This document shows, in pieces, positions 59,653-64,000 of a stretch of DNA of 64,000 bases. Origin of the DNA: Trichoplax adhaerens (taxonomy: Eukaryota > Animalia > Placozoa); contig NW_002060945.1 of assembly GCF_000150275.1 (NCBI RefSeq), forward strand, positions 755,872 to 819,871. Reading direction: 5' to 3'. Made by a program: the position numbers and the translations under genes. Position 1 is the first letter of the stretch; each line of letters starts with the position of its first letter. The notes under the pieces are model-generated. The model ran no database searches. It saw only the letters and a program-made list of their open reading frames with translations, and was not told the origin of the DNA.

Positions 59653-62600
59653 ATGTCCTGCTATCCCATTTGGTCGTATACGTCTACTAAATTATTAACA
59701 AGGACAAAACTATACCAGTTTAGGCATTTGTATAACACTTCCATTAAACTTACTTCATCAGATGATAGTGAGTATGTGTTAAAAGATCAAGGAATGGACC
59801 GAGGACGAGGAAGAAGCTTTGGACGAGGTGGTGGTGGTCGAGGTAGCTATCGAGGTGGCAATCGAGGTGGCGGTCGCGGTGGCGGCGTAGGTAGACCACC
59901 CGGCTTGTCTGGTAAGGAAATTGGCATGTACTATGCTAATTTAAGTCGAACAAGGAAGAAAGAGAAGGAGAAAATAGAAGTAAGCCGTCTTATAACTGTA
60001 ATGACTGTTATATTATAATACTGGAATACGTAGTATGGCAATTGCATTTTACTCGATGCTTTGCAATCTCAGTGCTACAGTTACACAAGCAACTGTCCAA
60101 GTGTCTATTAATCTAATTTTGCTTTTAAGTATACTTAGTTGGGCAATGTTGCCTATGGAATACAGTTAAACTGCTATAAATAGGATGTAAATAAAACTAT
60201 ATCTCCTATTTTAGAGAGCTGTCATTGAGTTAGATGACGGTAAACAGCATGCGATCGCATCGATCGTAGATCAAGTGGAAGCCAGTTGTAGCCTCGATAA
60301 CGAATCCAGCCATCATGTAGATTCTGATCAGCAATTTTCTGATTCGATTCAATTCTTACAACGAGATCCTCATCTTGATAATAGATTAAAAGAAGAATTA
60401 GAAACGAAATTTAAAGATCCAAGCTATCAAAAATTGCTCGTGAGTAACAGTATCTTCTACACTGCTACATTTATATTCGTAGATACTCAGTAGCTCAAAT
60501 GGCTTAGTCAGATATTCTACGCGTATCTTGCAGTTAGCCGCACACTTTGTAAATGCACCGCAATTGCTAACCCATTTGTTTATTTACTATCACTTATTGA
60601 AAAGTTAAAATTAGCTGTTGGCTTACTGTAGCAAATGCTACTATGTCAATTTCGTCTACAATTGTTAACCAATTTACTTATTTACTATTGCTTATGGTAA
60701 AGCTAAAATTGGCTGTTGGCTTACGATATGAGCACACATGCTGTTGAGCTAATGTTACCATGGTGTTATGGACATAGTAATAACGTAGCGACTAGTAGTT
60801 AATTTATATAAATAGATGTTCTTACCACTATATTTTAATCTAACAGTAAATTCAATAATTCTTGTCAGGCTGAGAGGCAGAAACTTCCGATTTATGCAAT
60901 GCACGATGATATTATGAATCTCATTCATAGTAATCAAATCGTAGTTATTAGTGGTCAGACTGGATGTGGTAAAACTACGCAGTTACCTCAGTTTATACTT
61001 GATGATGCTATTTGCTCCGGCAATGGATCATTATGCAAGATTGCTTGTACACAGCCACGTCGAATTAGTGCAATATCGGTAAGTTAGTGCCTTAGCTATA
61101 AGTTTGAATGCTGCGTCTTATTCTGATCTATGATAACGTGTATTTGTAAATAGGCTAATGAGTATAGAATATACATTTATAAATACAAATATGAATATAA
61201 GTATCGTAAGCTATCCTGATTTTAAATACGATTTATAAATAAGTCTCTTTGGACTATAACAGCCTTCATCAAGCTATACCACCTATACAATTCTCTTATC
61301 AACCAACACTAACTGTATGATTAAGGTTGCTGAGCGTGTTCTTGATGAACGTATTGAGAAAAATCAACCCAATCCGAGTGCAGGCTATCAAATTAGGCTA
61401 GAAAATAAGCTACCGCGAAATCAAGGGTCAATGATCTACTGTACAACTGGCATTTTACTCCGACAATTACAGAATGATCCGTTACTTTCACAATATAGCC
61501 ATCTTATTATCGATGAAATCCATGAGCGAAATTTAATGTCGGACTTCTTATTAATCTATTTAAAAGATATTTTAAGCAAAAGGTTGGATAAAAGTTATTT
61601 TAGATATCATAAGAATAAGAACTCCATTCAATCTCCGACTAATACAGAACTTATTAACTTTTCCTAGGCCCGATCTAAAAGTTGTTCTAATGAGTGCTAC
61701 GTTGAATGCTGCTAGCTTTTCTTCGTATTTTAATAATTGTCCAATCGTGGAGATTCCCGGATCGTTGTATTCTGTTAGACATTACTACATGGAAGACATT
61801 ATCTCGATGCTAGGGTAAGTCCAAATTACAGGACGTCGTGCTGTTATGATAAAAGATAGTACCATTTCATTTTTAATTGTAGAAAATGTACTAAGAGAAT
61901 GAGTAGATAGCATGCATAACATAGATTAAATACAGTAATGTACTGTTCTGTACGTACATTAATTTCAAGGCTAATATTACTAAGGTTGTAGATCTTCCAT
62001 ACGCTCATATTTTCGATAATAATATATAGCTTATACAGTAGTTACATGATTGAGAACAGAACTATCATAGCAATGGGTTTCACCAAATAGCAAGTATTGA
62101 TAACACTTACTTCATGTTACAGTAATCAAAAAGTATACTTCCAGCCGAAATCGAATACACGTAATAGCACACGAGGTAGGAACCGACCATATAGAAGTAA
62201 AGAAAGTGTTGAAGACAACGATTGGCGCGATTTTTTAGGATTCATTTCGGATGAGTAAGATACCGCGAATTGCTGCAGTATATTGTCGATGTAACAGCTC
62301 ACATTAAATTTATACTATAGTATTAGATGAATAGATCTATTCTTGTACGGCCCAGGTATTGCTTAAGAACTGCACAGTCTGTGGAACGAATGGTTTTTGA
62401 CGATTTAGATTTCGAATTAATTGAAGATATAATAACTTACATATCAGATCACATGGAGGTAGGTCGTTCAACCTTTTCGGCGGTAAAACGTGAGGATATC
62501 CATCTCTTGCTAAGCTATATTTATACAAACAATATCCGACCTTGTAGAAAGGTGCTATTTTATGCTTTCTGCCTGGATGGGAGGACATTCGTAAACTTTA

Positions 62601-64000
62601 CGAACGATTACGATTAAGTCCCTATTTTTCGTCAGGTATTTATATAATTCTAAATTGTTGACGCGGTTGATGCAATGTACAGTACACTATACTGATTGCG
62701 ACTGCATTAACGATATTATCTGTATACTTCATGAGTTATAATTTACAGCAACAATTCCAGCACTTTATTTAGAAGATAATAGTTATTATTATTAAGGTGC
62801 TTACGAAAAACTTATAAAACTTGGTTTTAAACTAAATAGGGAGATACCTAATCATCCCGTTGCATTCGCAATTATCAACTGTAAATCAAAGAAAAGTAAG
62901 TAAAATGAACGCTAACATTGATCTTAAGACTTTTCCAAAAGAAATTTTTTTATGATGCTAATCATTTCTTACAAGATATTTGAAAAACCCCTACCTTCTG
63001 TTCGAAAAATTGTTATTGCTACCGATATTGCTGAGACAAGGTTACCACTTACAGCAGTACTGTACCCATTTTCAGCTCAATTAGTAACGTTATTTATTTA
63101 GAATTAAAATTATTTTATTAATTATAGCAATTTTATTTCAGTATCACCATCAATGATGTATCGTTCGTAATTGACTGTGGTAAAGTAAAAGAGAAGGTAA
63201 CATACTGTCAGCTTATTATTGCATCTGTTAAATAAATGATGACAGAAATTGATTATTTATTGTATTTTGCAAATGATGTGTCATGTAATAATATTAATTA
63301 GGCCTATGATCCCACCAGTGGCCTAGAAGTTCTTTCTCCGGTCTGGACCAGTAAAGCATCAGCACAGCAAAGAGCGGGTCGAGCAGGAAGGTACGTGTAT
63401 TTCATGAAAAAGCACCTTTCTGATAGGTTAAGCTTGCGATCAAGGCGACTATATGTATGACTTTATCATAACGATTTACTCTTAGAGTAAAAGCTGGGCA
63501 CTGTTTTTACCTTTACACACAATTTCATAAGTCGAAAATGCAAGAATTTCAGTTACCAGAAATGTTAAGGACTCCCTTGGAAGAAATATGCTTACAAATT
63601 AAAGTAAATTCAAGAACTCATCAATATTTTATGTCATCATTTGAAATTTTAAAATTTGTTAAATCCAAACTTTGTACTTCTGTGGTAATTCACTTTCTGT
63701 ATAGATCACTATATTACATTATATTTTTAGAAGCTTAAATTAGGTATGATAGCACCGTTCCTATCGAAAGCAGTGGATGCACCGGATAGTGAAGCAGTTG
63801 CTCGAGCTATAGCTCTTTTAAAGGATTTGGTAATGATAAATGATCAATCAAGAAAAATTTTATCTTTAGACTTTTGAATGATTAAATATCGCATTTTATA
63901 AATATTTGTTTTACTATACTTTAGTATGCGTATACGTAATTAATTATTAAAATATTTTCTAATGTTTATCTAATGAGATTTAACGTTATTGTTTTAGAAT
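59653..64000 (+). CDS. DHX36: DHX36 (RHAU/G4R1) G-quadruplex helicase, paralog B; truncated at its 3' end by the window edge
   Basis: RGG-rich segment followed by the DHX36-specific motif [15 protein letters not shown] (59893-59937). Then [54 protein letters not shown] and PEMLRTPL; a new exon begins at 63998. Confidence 0.95.

Noticed and set aside
22636-64000. Three RNA helicase genes within ~40 kb as a functional cluster
   Set aside because: Two are a tandem duplicate; DDX59 is a different family separated by an unrelated gene, with no sign of co-regulation.

Overview
AT-rich, intron-dense animal genomic DNA with mostly 70-150 bp introns. It most resembles a placozoan (Trichoplax-like); that assignment is an inference from composition, intron size and gene content. 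Five spliced + strand genes were reconstructed by hand. (1) Groucho/TLE co-repressor, 9763-20582, about 29 coding exons, preceded by ~9.7 kb with no recognisable gene and a dense, self-complementary (TACAG/CTGTA)n array. (2) DDX59, a zf-HIT + DEAD-box helicase, 22636-26802, with a U12-type intron that has apparently rare AT-AA termini. (3) A ~3300-aa secreted, probably GPI-anchored protein, 30773-49314: 4 IgGFc-binding (FCGBP N-terminal-like) domains, EGF repeats, SRCR and TSP1. It is built by internal tandem duplication, shows domain-restricted homogenisation between repeats, and has a satellite-filled 3.2-kb intron. (4, 5) Two tandem DHX36-family DEAH helicases, 51493-58090 and 59653-beyond the window end. 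One keeps the RGG region and the G-quadruplex-binding DSM motif; the other lacks both and begins with a mitochondrial-presequence-like N-terminus. No tRNA, rRNA, CRISPR array or intact transposon was recognised. Most short ORFs in the supplied track are exon fragments with intronic read-through, or repeat artefacts.
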